The position numbers and the translations under genes were made by a program. Below the pieces are notes generated by a model. It saw nothing but the letters and a program-made list of their open reading frames with translations. It searched no databases and was not told where the DNA came from. A DNA stretch of 64,000 nucleotides from an uncultured Alphaproteobacteria bacterium (GTDB taxonomy: Bacteria > Pseudomonadota > Alphaproteobacteria > RF32 > CAG-239), in the NCBI GenBank assembly GCA_944390455.1, contig CALXPU010000002.1, forward strand, positions 12,179-76,178. Reading direction: 5' to 3'. Within the stretch, counting starts at the first letter, position 1. Each line of letters opens with the position of its first letter. Shown here in pieces: positions 54,685 to 63,904 of this stretch.

Positions 54685-56267
54685 GTGAGCCGATTTTAGA
54701 TGTGAAAAGTTTGAATGTACGCTTTATTGATGAAAATGGAGCTCTGTTTTCAGCTGTCTATAATAGCTCGTTTTCTGTTGATGAAGGGGAAATTGTGGCG
54801 ATTGTCGGTGAGTCCGGTTCTGGTAAATCCGTTACAGCATTGTCTATTTTAGGCCTCATAAACCCTCGTAAAGTTTTGTATAAAAGCACTAATTCTATTT
54901 TGTTTGAAGACCGAGAGTTAACGGCTCTTTCTGAACAAGAGTGGCAGGATATTCGAGGTAATCAAATCAGCATGATTTTTCAAGAACCGATGAGTTCGCT
55001 TAATCCGCTCTTAAAAGTCGGGCAGCAGGTGGCGGAAATTATTAAAGTGCATAAGCATGTATCTGATAAAAAGGCGTGGGCAAGAGCGCGGTACTTGTTG
55101 CGGTTGGTCGGAATTGAAAACGCTGATGAGCGTATGAATGCTTTTCCGTTTGAACTCTCAGGCGGACAACGTCAACGCGTTATGATTGCTATGGCGGTGG
55201 CTAATCATCCTAAAATTTTGATTGCAGATGAGCCGACAACAGCTCTTGACGTTACGGTGCAAAAACAGATTTTGGAACTTATTCTTAAACTTAAACAGAA
55301 GTTTGGGATGGCTGTTATTTTTATTTCTCATGATCTTAATTTGGTGCGTAAAATTGCTAACCGCGTTTTGGTAATGAAGCAAGGAGTTATTGTGGAGCAG
55401 GGAAGTGTTGGAAATATTTTTAACGCACCGATACATCCATATACAAAAAGTTTGTTAGCGGCTTTTAATCATTCTTCTTTTAGACCAGAATTTGCTTCCA
55501 GAAAATTAATGGAAGCACGGGATTTATCTGTGGAATTTCCAATTAAAAAGAATTTGTTTGGGAAAACGATTAAGAGCATTAAGGCATTGGATAAAGTATC
55601 TTTGGCTCTTTATGAGGGAAAAACACTTGGGGTTGTTGGTGAGTCCGGTTCAGGAAAAACGACCTTGGGAATGTGCTTGGCTAATCTTATTAAATATGAT
55701 GGTTTGATTTTAACCGCTAAATCCGTACATATTAAAAATGAACGTGATTTTCGTAAGAATATTCAGGTTGTTTTTCAGGACCCGTATAATTCACTTAATC
55801 CGCGTATGACTATACGTGAAATCGTGTCTGAAGGGATTAAGGTACATTTTCCGAAGCTGAAGAAAAAAGAAATTTGGGAAAAAGTTAAAAATGTTTTGGC
55901 AGATGTGGGACTGAAAGATGAAGATATTTTAGATAAATATCCGCATGAATTTTCCGGTGGTCAACGGCAACGTATTGCTATTGCTCGTTCTTTAGTGGTT
56001 GAACCGAAGATTATGATTTTAGACGAACCGACATCTGCCTTGGATGTGACTGTTCAGGCGGAGATTTTGGCTCTGCTTAAAAAAATTCAGGAAACTACCG
56101 GAATTGCTTATTTGTTTATTTCTCATGATATGCGGGCAGTTAAATCTATTGCGCACGATGTCTTGGTGATGAAATCCGGAAAAATAGTTGAACAGGGAAG
56201 TGTTGAAGACATATTTACTTATCCGCAATCTCAGTATGCTCAAGAGTTGATTAAGGCGGCTCTATAA
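54681..56267 (+). CDS. yejF: ABC transporter ATP-binding protein with duplicated ATPase domains, YejF-like
   Basis: Two Walker A motifs (GESGSGKS twice), two signatures (LSGGQRQR, FSGGQRQR) and two Walker B motifs (LIADEPTTALD, ILDEPTSALD). ATGA overlap with yejE. Confidence 0.9.
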   Translation: MSEPILDVKSLNVRFIDENGALFSAVYNSSFSVDEGEIVAIVGESGSGKSVTALSILGLINPRKVLYKSTNSILFEDRELTALSEQEWQDIRGNQISMIFQEPMSSLNPLLKVGQQVAEIIKVHKHVSDKKAWARARYLLRLVGIENADERMNAFPFELSGGQRQRVMIAMAVANHPKILIADEPTTALDVTVQKQILELILKLKQKFGMAVIFISHDLNLVRKIANRVLVMKQGVIVEQGSVGNIFNAPIHPYTKSLLAAFNHSSFRPEFASRKLMEARDLSVEFPIKKNLFGKTIKSIKALDKVSLALYEGKTLGVVGESGSGKTTLGMCLANLIKYDGLILTAKSVHIKNERDFRKNIQVVFQDPYNSLNPRMTIREIVSEGIKVHFPKLKKKEIWEKVKNVLADVGLKDEDILDKYPHEFSGGQRQRIAIARSLVVEPKIMILDEPTSALDVTVQAEILALLKKIQETTGIAYLFISHDMRAVKSIAHDVLVMKSGKIVEQGSVEDIFTYPQSQYAQELIKAAL

Positions 56268-58748
56268 TTCTTCATAAGCGTCGGTTATTGTTATTTTGCT
56301 TATGCTGCTATCTTGCCAATAAGCGGCGATGTTGCGGAGATATTTTAAATCATCTTGTGTTATTGTGGTGCTTATTTGTGCTATGTAGTCAATGTGTTCG
56401 CTTAAAGGTAGGTTTTCGGCAAATAATTTTACGATTTCGGTGGGGGCAATCGTTAAAACTTGAGTTGCTTCTTCTGGATGATTTTGAGGGATTTCTCTTT
56501 CCAGATAATTAAGTGCTTTTTGGCGAATTGATGGGGTTTTTAATGCGGAAATAAAGATTTTTTCAGACGCGGTTGTTTCTATGTTCGGATAGTCGTGCTT
56601 TAGTTTTTTTAAGATTAGCGGATGCGAATTTTGTAGCTCTTGTCCAATTTCAAATAACTTGGTTATTTGTTCTGCTTGACTTAAATTGGTGTAGGTGAGC
56701 TGGGATTTAATCTTAAATTCCGGTGGTAATAAAGTGCCTTCTTGTGACAATATAATTTCGGCAACAGCTAAGATTTGCTCATCTTTGGTGAAACTTTTAT
56801 TGATGATGATGCTGTTATTGCCGGTGTTGTAAAGTGCGGCTACGGGGATTTGTTTTAAGGTTAAACCTCGGGTTTCCGTAAAGATAATTTCTTTGTGTAG
56901 AATATACTCTTGTATTTCTTCAAGGTGCGGTGCGGACGTAATGAGATTGTTTAATTTTTCCGCAAAAGAAGATGTTCTGATAGGAAGATTAGGATAAGGG
57001 TATGGTTTTACTTTTTTATGAGCGATGTTGAAACGTTTGTTGCTCGGAATGACTTTAGCTTCACTTATTTTTAAACCATATTTGTCTTTTTTATTGGTTA
57101 TGCGTTGTATTTGCCTATTTATATAAGCCATCCCGTCATGCTCTGATGTTGTTGATGAAGGGAGTTCATTGAGGATACTCATACGAGTGTATATGTCATC
57201 AGCTACGGTGAGGGCTTGTTGTACAGCTTTGTTTAAATCTAAATAAGGTGTTTCAAAGATGTCTAGATGATAGGTTTGGACAATGTTCTCGGGTGTTAGA
57301 ATATCGTTTGTCTGAGGTGTGTCTTGAGTGTTTTGTATGAAAGGTTTGCTGCTTAAGGTCCTTTTGCAATATTCTCCGAAATCTTTATCCCAAGCCAAAG
57401 CTGCCGCATTTAAGGCTTTTAAGATGTCATTGTTTTTGCTTAGGGTTTGACTATATGCGCGTTGCATGTATGGTGCTTTGCTCAGCAGTGTGTTGTATAC
57501 TTCCGGATAGATGTTTTTTATGTCATGACTAACGGCACAGGTGCAAGCCAAAGCGTCACTTTCTGTTAAACATTTTTGCAAGAGTATATTCGTAAGACCC
57601 GATATGGTATCATTGGTATTTTGAGGTGCTTGCAATGCATGCTTTGATTCATAAATTATTCTGGTTATAAGCAGATTTGATTTATGAGGTGATGATGATA
57701 AATCCGGTAGTGTTATTGTGCCATTTATATAAGTACTTAGTGTTTGTTGGATGTTATTTTGCGGAACAACAATGTATTGGGTTCCGGATTTTAAGCTCTG
57801 ATGAATAATGTAACGCCCAACTTCCGAATATTCGCAGATGATGTTTAACAGATGGTTCAGGTATTGTTTCTGTTCTTCTGTTCCGTTTATTTGCCCATTG
57901 AGGAGTGCTTCATTAATGATTTCATCACTGTAATCTGTGGTTAAAATCTGTTTGTCGTAGTAAGTGGTAAATTCATCTCGCTTTAGAGCAAGAGTGGCTT
58001 GGGTTTGATTGATTGTTTGTGCCAAGTCTTCGTTTTCTAAACTTAAGCGTTTAATTTCTTTATTAATACGTTCGCGTTCTTGTTGTAAGTTATCGGTATC
58101 ATATTTTTCAAGAATTTCTTTTTTTATTTTTTCAATAGGACGAGTTATATCAAAGCGAGGTTCAAACTCTTTATATTCACTGTTTGTTTGAAGGAATTCA
58201 TCATAAAATTTTTGAATTTGCTGGCTATAATATATTCTTCTTGCTTTATCTTGAAGGTTTTGCTTTTGTGGATTCATTCCCGGAACATAGTTGGTGTTGG
58301 GTTCGGGATGATGTGTTTGCGGGGGCGTTGCGACCTCTTTATATTCTTCATTGTGGTTTTCCATAATGAATTTATTCAAAAAAATTTCACCTTCTTTATG
58401 GTAGCAACGGGGGAGATAGCTGAGTAGATGAGTTCTAAAAGAACTGACATGGTCTAACCAGGCAATTTCTTGGTCAATTTGAAATTGTTTGTTGGCAATG
58501 GCTCCCTCTACGGACTTTAGACGCTGAAGATATTTTTCTAATTTTTGGATGTTTTCTGCTTGAGTGGTGCGCAAATTGGTGATTTTTTGCGGTTCTTCAA
58601 TTTGTTTTAGATAATGTGTAAGAGCTTGATTTTTATCAAAATGACGTAATGAGATTAAGTGTTGGCGGATGTAGTCCAAATCTTCAAAAGTGATGGTTTC
58701 AGATTTGGTGTATTGCTTACTGATAATGTCTTTCTGCTCGTTAGTCAT
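56262..58748 (-). CDS. Large hypothetical protein (828 aa), ORFan
   Basis: Uninterrupted 2.5 kb ORF, Gln/Asn/Lys-rich with coiled-coil-like N-terminal third. No domain recognised. Confidence 0.62.
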   Translation of the reverse strand: MTNEQKDIISKQYTKSETITFEDLDYIRQHLISLRHFDKNQALTHYLKQIEEPQKITNLRTTQAENIQKLEKYLQRLKSVEGAIANKQFQIDQEIAWLDHVSSFRTHLLSYLPRCYHKEGEIFLNKFIMENHNEEYKEVATPPQTHHPEPNTNYVPGMNPQKQNLQDKARRIYYSQQIQKFYDEFLQTNSEYKEFEPRFDITRPIEKIKKEILEKYDTDNLQQERERINKEIKRLSLENEDLAQTINQTQATLALKRDEFTTYYDKQILTTDYSDEIINEALLNGQINGTEEQKQYLNHLLNIICEYSEVGRYIIHQSLKSGTQYIVVPQNNIQQTLSTYINGTITLPDLSSSPHKSNLLITRIIYESKHALQAPQNTNDTISGLTNILLQKCLTESDALACTCAVSHDIKNIYPEVYNTLLSKAPYMQRAYSQTLSKNNDILKALNAAALAWDKDFGEYCKRTLSSKPFIQNTQDTPQTNDILTPENIVQTYHLDIFETPYLDLNKAVQQALTVADDIYTRMSILNELPSSTTSEHDGMAYINRQIQRITNKKDKYGLKISEAKVIPSNKRFNIAHKKVKPYPYPNLPIRTSSFAEKLNNLITSAPHLEEIQEYILHKEIIFTETRGLTLKQIPVAALYNTGNNSIIINKSFTKDEQILAVAEIILSQEGTLLPPEFKIKSQLTYTNLSQAEQITKLFEIGQELQNSHPLILKKLKHDYPNIETTASEKIFISALKTPSIRQKALNYLEREIPQNHPEEATQVLTIAPTEIVKLFAENLPLSEHIDYIAQISTTITQDDLKYLRNIAAYWQDSSISKITITDAYEEL

Positions 58749-58830
58749 TGGTTAGGGGTATTGTTATATTAATTAGCTTGGAATTTGTATTATTGTAAAA
58801 TAAATTATTTAAAATTTTGTTATTAAAAAA

Positions 58831-58860
58831 TTGACTTGAAGCGTTTGTCGCATTTATACT
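58831..58860 (+). promoter_or_regulatory. Sigma70-like promoter
   Basis: TTGACT, 18 nt spacer, TATACT. Confidence 0.4.
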
Positions 58861-58887
58861 TATGTATGTTTTTTGAGGATGGATACG

Positions 58888-59694
58888 ATGTTTGAATTTG
58901 TAGAAAAAGGTGCAAGTGTTGCTGATAATGTGATTATCGGACCTTATTCTGTTGTTAAGGCCGGTGCTAAAATTGGAAAAGGTTCTGTTATTGGGGCTTT
59001 TTGTTTTATTGATTCAAATGTTTGTATTGGAGAAGATAATTATATTGGTCATTCTGTACACCTTTTAGGACGAGTACAACTGGGGCGACATAATCATATT
59101 CAAGACAATACTGTTATCGGGTTACCCAGTAAGCATATCGGATATCATTTTTATCAAGGACGAGTGATTGTGGGGGATGATAATTTTATTGGTAACGGGT
59201 GTGCTATTGATTGTGGAAATAATCATCTTTCTGACAAATATCCAGAATTGTTATCTTATTTATCGGGGGATTTAATATCTGATGAAAATCTTGAAGATGC
59301 GACTATTATTGGTAATCGCTGCTATATTTTGAATAATGTTACAATTCATCACAATTGTCGTGTCGGTTTGGGGAATTTGAAGGATTGTGCCGGAGATTAT
59401 GATACTGTTATTTGTACAGGATGCTGTTTGAATGGTTTTGTTCAAGTGCGTAAAGGTTCTGAATTAAGTAGCGGTACTTATATTCGCGAATTTGCTTCTT
59501 TGGGGGAAGGGTGCTTTACCGCTATGTCTTCTCATATTGTTAAAGATATATTGCCTTTTAGTGCTATTTTGAAAAATAAAAATATAGGATTGGCTGATAA
59601 GCTAATTCAGAAATTCCATTGTTCTGAAATTGAAATTAGAAATTTAAGAGATAATTTTGCTGCTAGAAGAAGCGGACGGTTGAAGATTTATTGA
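58888..59694 (+). CDS. Left-handed beta-helix (hexapeptide-repeat) acyltransferase, LpxA-like
   Basis: Repeated [LIV]G hexapeptides (IIGPYSVV, KIGKGSVIGAF, CIGEDNYIGH, IVGDDNFIGN). The C-terminal VKDILPFS...NIGL...EIEIRNLRDNF resembles the LpxA helical domain. There is an atypical ~25 aa insert. GAGGA lies 8 nt upstream; alternative starts are at 58873 and 58879. Confidence 0.55.
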   Translation: MFEFVEKGASVADNVIIGPYSVVKAGAKIGKGSVIGAFCFIDSNVCIGEDNYIGHSVHLLGRVQLGRHNHIQDNTVIGLPSKHIGYHFYQGRVIVGDDNFIGNGCAIDCGNNHLSDKYPELLSYLSGDLISDENLEDATIIGNRCYILNNVTIHHNCRVGLGNLKDCAGDYDTVICTGCCLNGFVQVRKGSELSSGTYIREFASLGEGCFTAMSSHIVKDILPFSAILKNKNIGLADKLIQKFHCSEIEIRNLRDNFAARRSGRLKIY

Positions 59695-59776
59695 TGAATA
59701 TCAAAAATAGATTTTTGTTTTTTTGCGTAAAATGTATTGCAAAATCTTTTATCTCGTTTTATAAAGCTATTGGTGT

Positions 59777-59853
59777 GTCGGCGTAGCTCATCAGGATAGA
59801 GCAACAGTTTCCTAAACTGTGGGTAGTGGGTTCGAGTCCCGCCGCTGACACCA
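59777..59853 (+). tRNA. tRNA-Arg (anticodon CCU), CCA encoded
   Basis: Hand-folded cloverleaf: acceptor GTCGGCG/CGCTGAC (one G-U), D arm GCTC-ATCAGGATA-GAGC, anticodon arm ACAGT-TTCCTAA-ACTGT, variable GGGTA, T arm GTGGG-TTCGAGT-CCCGC, discriminator A, CCA. Total 77 nt. Confidence 0.9.
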
Positions 59854-59865
59854 TTTTTATATAAT

Positions 59866-59894
59866 AAAACAGCGCTGTTGAACAGCGCTGTTTT
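59866..59894. terminator. Bidirectional rho-independent terminator
   Basis: A-run, then an acagcgctgt-tga-acagcgctgt perfect 10 bp hairpin, then T4. It lies between the tRNA (+) and malQ paralogue (-). Confidence 0.8.
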
Positions 59895-59912
59895 GATTTG
59901 TGAGCGAATAAA

Positions 59913-62123
59913 TTATTTCCGTTCTGTTTGGATTAGGTCAAACATCGCTTTGAAGCGATTGTCTTTGTCCATGTCGTCAACGTCAATCGTTAATTTTATT
60001 CTCCAGTTTGGGTATTCTGCTATTGTACCTGGAACGTTTTCCATAGCGATTTGCCCGTAAATGTCTTCAATACGTTGTAAGAATATGGCGCTGTTTGAAC
60101 GTGCTACGTATTTGTTAACGGCATATTCTAATTTTTCTGGAACACTCTTACCATCTAATTTGGCTTCTGCATCTTGTTTGCAGGCTTCTGATGGGAATGT
60201 TTGTTGGTCGTTGAAAGCTTTAATCAATAAGGCGCGTTCTTTAGCTCGGATATCCAAGTTATTTTGATATTGTTCTTCATTAACATATAAATGACATGCG
60301 TTGAAGGTGTTAATATCTTCGTCAAGCCAATAGCCATAAGCGGTTGCTTGGTCGTGTGTGCTGGCCTGAGCTAATGATAGATATTGATATTTTTCCGGTG
60401 CTAAAAATGTTCCATCTTTATCCTTTTGGCGGAAAAATACTTTGTTGGAAATCAATCCATGCTCATACATGTATTCTCTGAAGCCTGCTGGTACTGTACC
60501 CAAATCTTCGCCGATAACCATACATTTTGCTCGGTGGCTTTCTATGGATAAAATGGCTACCATTTCTCTCATGTTGTAGTATACGTATGCTCCTTGTACA
60601 ACCGGATTATTCTCAACAAAGTATACCCAGAACAAACGCATTAAACCCATAGCATGGTCAATACGCAAGGCTTTGGCGTGTTGCATGTTTTCTCTGATTA
60701 AAGAGATAAACGGCGCATAGTTGGCTTGGCGTAATTTTTGCGGATGATATGGTGCAAATCCCCAGCTTTGACCTCTTGGGCGCATTGGATCTGCCGGTGC
60801 TCCGATACCCATGTTTTCTGCAAATAGTTCTCTGTTTTCCCAAACTTCAACACCACTTGCGGCGGCACCAATAGGAGAGTCAAGATATAAGCCGATTTTC
60901 ATATTTAATTCTTTACATAAATCTGCCGCTTCGGCTAATTGTTGGTCGGCAAGCCAGTGGCAATATGCGTAAAATTGAATTAAATCACGGTTGATTTGTT
61001 CAAAGTCTCTGGTGTGAAAAGAATTGATTTTATCATAATTATTTGGCCAAAAACGCCAGTCATTATGCATACCGTTTTCGTTGTGCTTTTCCAAAATTGC
61101 TTCAAATAAGCAGGTATTTGCCAAAGGTTTTCCTTTTGAGGTTACAAATTTTTGGAAAGCAATACCGCGCTGTGTTAAACCTTTCATGGGGTTTAGGTGT
61201 TCTTGTTTGAAGTAGGTGTACATTGCTTTGAGCAATTTGATTTTTAATCTGTACACGCCAAGATAATCAACTTTATCTAGACTACGCAGATGCTCAATCT
61301 GTTCTTTGATTTCAGGAGTGGAAATTAAAGATTGCACTTCGGCAGAATTTTCATATTCAGGAACAGCTTTTAAGTCAATGTAACCGTAGTTTAAGAAAGC
61401 TCTGGTGAGGATGCGGTATGGAGATACGTCATCACGACTTTCTGGGAAAGACGCACCGAGTGGATTTACACCAACAACATCACCTCCGTTTTTGGCAACT
61501 AATTTGATGATGTTTTTTAAATCTGTGAAATCACCGATACCCATGTTGTTTTTGGAGCGTAAAGCATAAAGTTGAATGGCTAAGCCATATACACGGAAAG
61601 TTTCTTCAGCTATACCTTCTTCCAGATAGCATTTGGGGAGAGCCATAATTATGAATGTTTCAAAAGTCTTGTTGTTTATGCTGGCTCTTAATTTGTAATA
61701 ACCAGGGGTAAGGGTTGTGAAAAATTGGGCTTTTACCATTACATAATTAATACCATCAATGTTTTTGCTTTCTTCTATTGGAAGTGAGGAGAGGGAGATT
61801 TCTCCGTGTGTTTTTTCTCTTTGTTCATTTTCAAGTTCAAATGAAACGGAACTGTTTTTATCGGTTTCAGGAACATACAACTTGATGCTGGTGTCGGTTT
61901 CATCCGCAAAGAAAGAATTGACGTAATCAAAACCTTCTTTCCAAACTCTTTCGTCGAGTTTTTTTATGTTAGAGTCAAGTTCCGACTCCGAATCCGTTTT
62001 ATAGCCCATGTCTTTTAAAAAACAGCGACGAACATCATCTGTCGTATAATGTGTTTGACCAGTTTTGTCTATATATTCTGATGATATGCCAGAAATTTTG
62101 GCTAATTCTTCTAATTTTGACAT
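59913..62123 (-). CDS. malQ: 4-alpha-glucanotransferase, second long-form paralogue
   Basis: GH77 motifs GIGDFTDL, GVNPL, SPYR, LRIDHAMGL, IGEDLGTVP, STHD, PGT..EYPNWR. AGGAG lies 5 nt before the ATG at 62123 (MSKLEEL). Confidence 0.9.
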   Translation of the reverse strand: MSKLEELAKISGISSEYIDKTGQTHYTTDDVRRCFLKDMGYKTDSESELDSNIKKLDERVWKEGFDYVNSFFADETDTSIKLYVPETDKNSSVSFELENEQREKTHGEISLSSLPIEESKNIDGINYVMVKAQFFTTLTPGYYKLRASINNKTFETFIIMALPKCYLEEGIAEETFRVYGLAIQLYALRSKNNMGIGDFTDLKNIIKLVAKNGGDVVGVNPLGASFPESRDDVSPYRILTRAFLNYGYIDLKAVPEYENSAEVQSLISTPEIKEQIEHLRSLDKVDYLGVYRLKIKLLKAMYTYFKQEHLNPMKGLTQRGIAFQKFVTSKGKPLANTCLFEAILEKHNENGMHNDWRFWPNNYDKINSFHTRDFEQINRDLIQFYAYCHWLADQQLAEAADLCKELNMKIGLYLDSPIGAAASGVEVWENRELFAENMGIGAPADPMRPRGQSWGFAPYHPQKLRQANYAPFISLIRENMQHAKALRIDHAMGLMRLFWVYFVENNPVVQGAYVYYNMREMVAILSIESHRAKCMVIGEDLGTVPAGFREYMYEHGLISNKVFFRQKDKDGTFLAPEKYQYLSLAQASTHDQATAYGYWLDEDINTFNACHLYVNEEQYQNNLDIRAKERALLIKAFNDQQTFPSEACKQDAEAKLDGKSVPEKLEYAVNKYVARSNSAIFLQRIEDIYGQIAMENVPGTIAEYPNWRIKLTIDVDDMDKDNRFKAMFDLIQTERK

Positions 62124-62239
62124 AATTGCTCCTAAACCCTTCATTTTTATCAACAGTTTTTATTTTTTTCCTAAATTTATATTGAAATCTACTCTATTCG
62201 CTCCAATTTAGACTCATTATAATAGATAGGAGATTTTTT

Positions 62240-63847
62240 ATGAAAGGAAATAATGAACTTATTAACTACATTCATACACAAAGGTGGTGTGGTTTCAAGC
62301 AAGAAATTGCTGACGGCAGAGTGACGGATGTTGATTTAGACGCTATTCCTTTTGATAACGGAAATAAATTCTTTACATTGGGTACAGCAAAATTTGATGA
62401 TGGTACAGAAAAGAAGTTCTTTATGCCATTGGCTAAAGGGCATATGGATGGTGTTGAAAGCGTTACAATTAATGGACAAGAATATTTTGATGCGATGAAA
62501 ACACCAGATTATTGGAAGTCTTTGATGAACTTCTTTAAGGAAAATCATAATGCTGTTACATTTAATAATGGAGCAGTTGTTAAATATCATACCATTGGTG
62601 AAAAAGAAATTGTTCAAGATAATTTGGCTTCTTCTTCAAAACCTCTGAATGTGGAGCAAAGCAATACAACAATTCGCGTGGGCGACGATATTGCTTTTAA
62701 ACAAGATCGTATGATTGAAAGCGATTATGGTGTTAGTGTTGAAGTTGAAATGAATGCTAAGTTGATGGAAACCGGATGTTCCGCTATGCCGAAAACTTAT
62801 GGCGCATTTATTATGGAAGAACCTAACGGGGAAATTGCTACCTTGGGTATTGTACAAGAATTTGTGCCTAATCGTGGCGATTTGTGGTCTTATGCAAATA
62901 ATTACTTGGTTAATGCGTTGAATGAAGCTCAAGCTAACGGTCAAGATAAAATTGACGTTAATGATCATAAAGACTTTATTGAAATGATGCGCGATTTGGG
63001 ACGCAAAACAGCCGAAATGTCTGAATGTTTGGCTCGCTCGAACGGTAATCCTGATTTTGAACCAATTCCAGTGGATGAAGCTTATCTTTATAAATATGAG
63101 AAAAGTTTATCCGTTTTGTTGTTCCAAACAGAAAAGACTATTGAACAGAATCTTCAAAATCTGGATGGCGCTACTAAAAAGCAAGCTGAAGATTTGTTGC
63201 AAAATTGGGATAATTTAACTCATAATTTTGTACAAGCTCAAGTTAAAAAAATCAATAATGGCGAAGCTCAAAGCAATATCGTTCGCGTTCATGGTGATTT
63301 CCATTTGGGACAAGTTTTGGTTACTAAAAATAATGACTTGAAATTTTTGGATTTTGCTGGTGAACCGGGGCTGTCTGTTAAAGAAAGAAAAGTTAAATAT
63401 CCTGAAACGCGTGACTTTGCTGGTATGTATCGTTCTATTAGCGGTTATTTGGGGCCAGTTGTTTCTGAAACTTTTGCGGCAACGGGTGAAATTGTTAAAC
63501 GTGCTAATGGCACAGAAAAGAAAGTTACAAATCCAGAGCAGGAGGCTTGGGCTAATCAGGCTGTTGTTCCTATGATTGAGGCTGCAACACAAGCTTTCTT
63601 GAACGGACGTAGCGAACGTGAACCAATGTTGGCTTTGGAAATTTTACGTAAAAATTTATATGAAGTAAAATATGAAGTTGGCAATCGTCCTGATATGGCT
63701 CATATTCCGGTTAAAGGTTTGGTTGGGCTTCTGAAACAAGGTAATGAAATGGAAAATGTTCATGCCAATGTTGTTGCTCAGAAACAAGTCAATGTTGCCG
63801 ATTTGGTGCATGCTGTATGGTTGAGCAAAACCGGTCGCGGTATGTAA
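62240..63847 (+). CDS. mak: Maltokinase (maltose 1-phosphate-forming, Mak/Pep2-like)
   Basis: VRVHGDFHLGQVLVT...LKFLDFAGEPG...RDFAGMYRSISGY is co-linear with mycobacterial Mak (HGDLHLGQVL..IDFEGEP...RDVAG.LRS). The N-terminal QRWCGFK resembles the Mak cap. Confidence 0.78.
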   Translation: MKGNNELINYIHTQRWCGFKQEIADGRVTDVDLDAIPFDNGNKFFTLGTAKFDDGTEKKFFMPLAKGHMDGVESVTINGQEYFDAMKTPDYWKSLMNFFKENHNAVTFNNGAVVKYHTIGEKEIVQDNLASSSKPLNVEQSNTTIRVGDDIAFKQDRMIESDYGVSVEVEMNAKLMETGCSAMPKTYGAFIMEEPNGEIATLGIVQEFVPNRGDLWSYANNYLVNALNEAQANGQDKIDVNDHKDFIEMMRDLGRKTAEMSECLARSNGNPDFEPIPVDEAYLYKYEKSLSVLLFQTEKTIEQNLQNLDGATKKQAEDLLQNWDNLTHNFVQAQVKKINNGEAQSNIVRVHGDFHLGQVLVTKNNDLKFLDFAGEPGLSVKERKVKYPETRDFAGMYRSISGYLGPVVSETFAATGEIVKRANGTEKKVTNPEQEAWANQAVVPMIEAATQAFLNGRSEREPMLALEILRKNLYEVKYEVGNRPDMAHIPVKGLVGLLKQGNEMENVHANVVAQKQVNVADLVHAVWLSKTGRGM

Positions 63848-63874
63848 TCCGTAACGATTGTTACTGTGAATTAT

Positions 63875-63904
63875 AGAGCTACGCTTTTGTGTAGCTCTTT
63901 TTTG
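63875..63904 (+). terminator. Rho-independent terminator
   Basis: agagctac-(8 nt)-gtagctct hairpin plus a T-run. Confidence 0.75.

Noticed and set aside
49979-59853. Genomic island or prophage integrated at ssrA or at tRNA-Arg.
   Set aside because: No integrase, excisionase, phage structural genes or duplicated 3' fragment of ssrA or the tRNA were seen on either side within the window.
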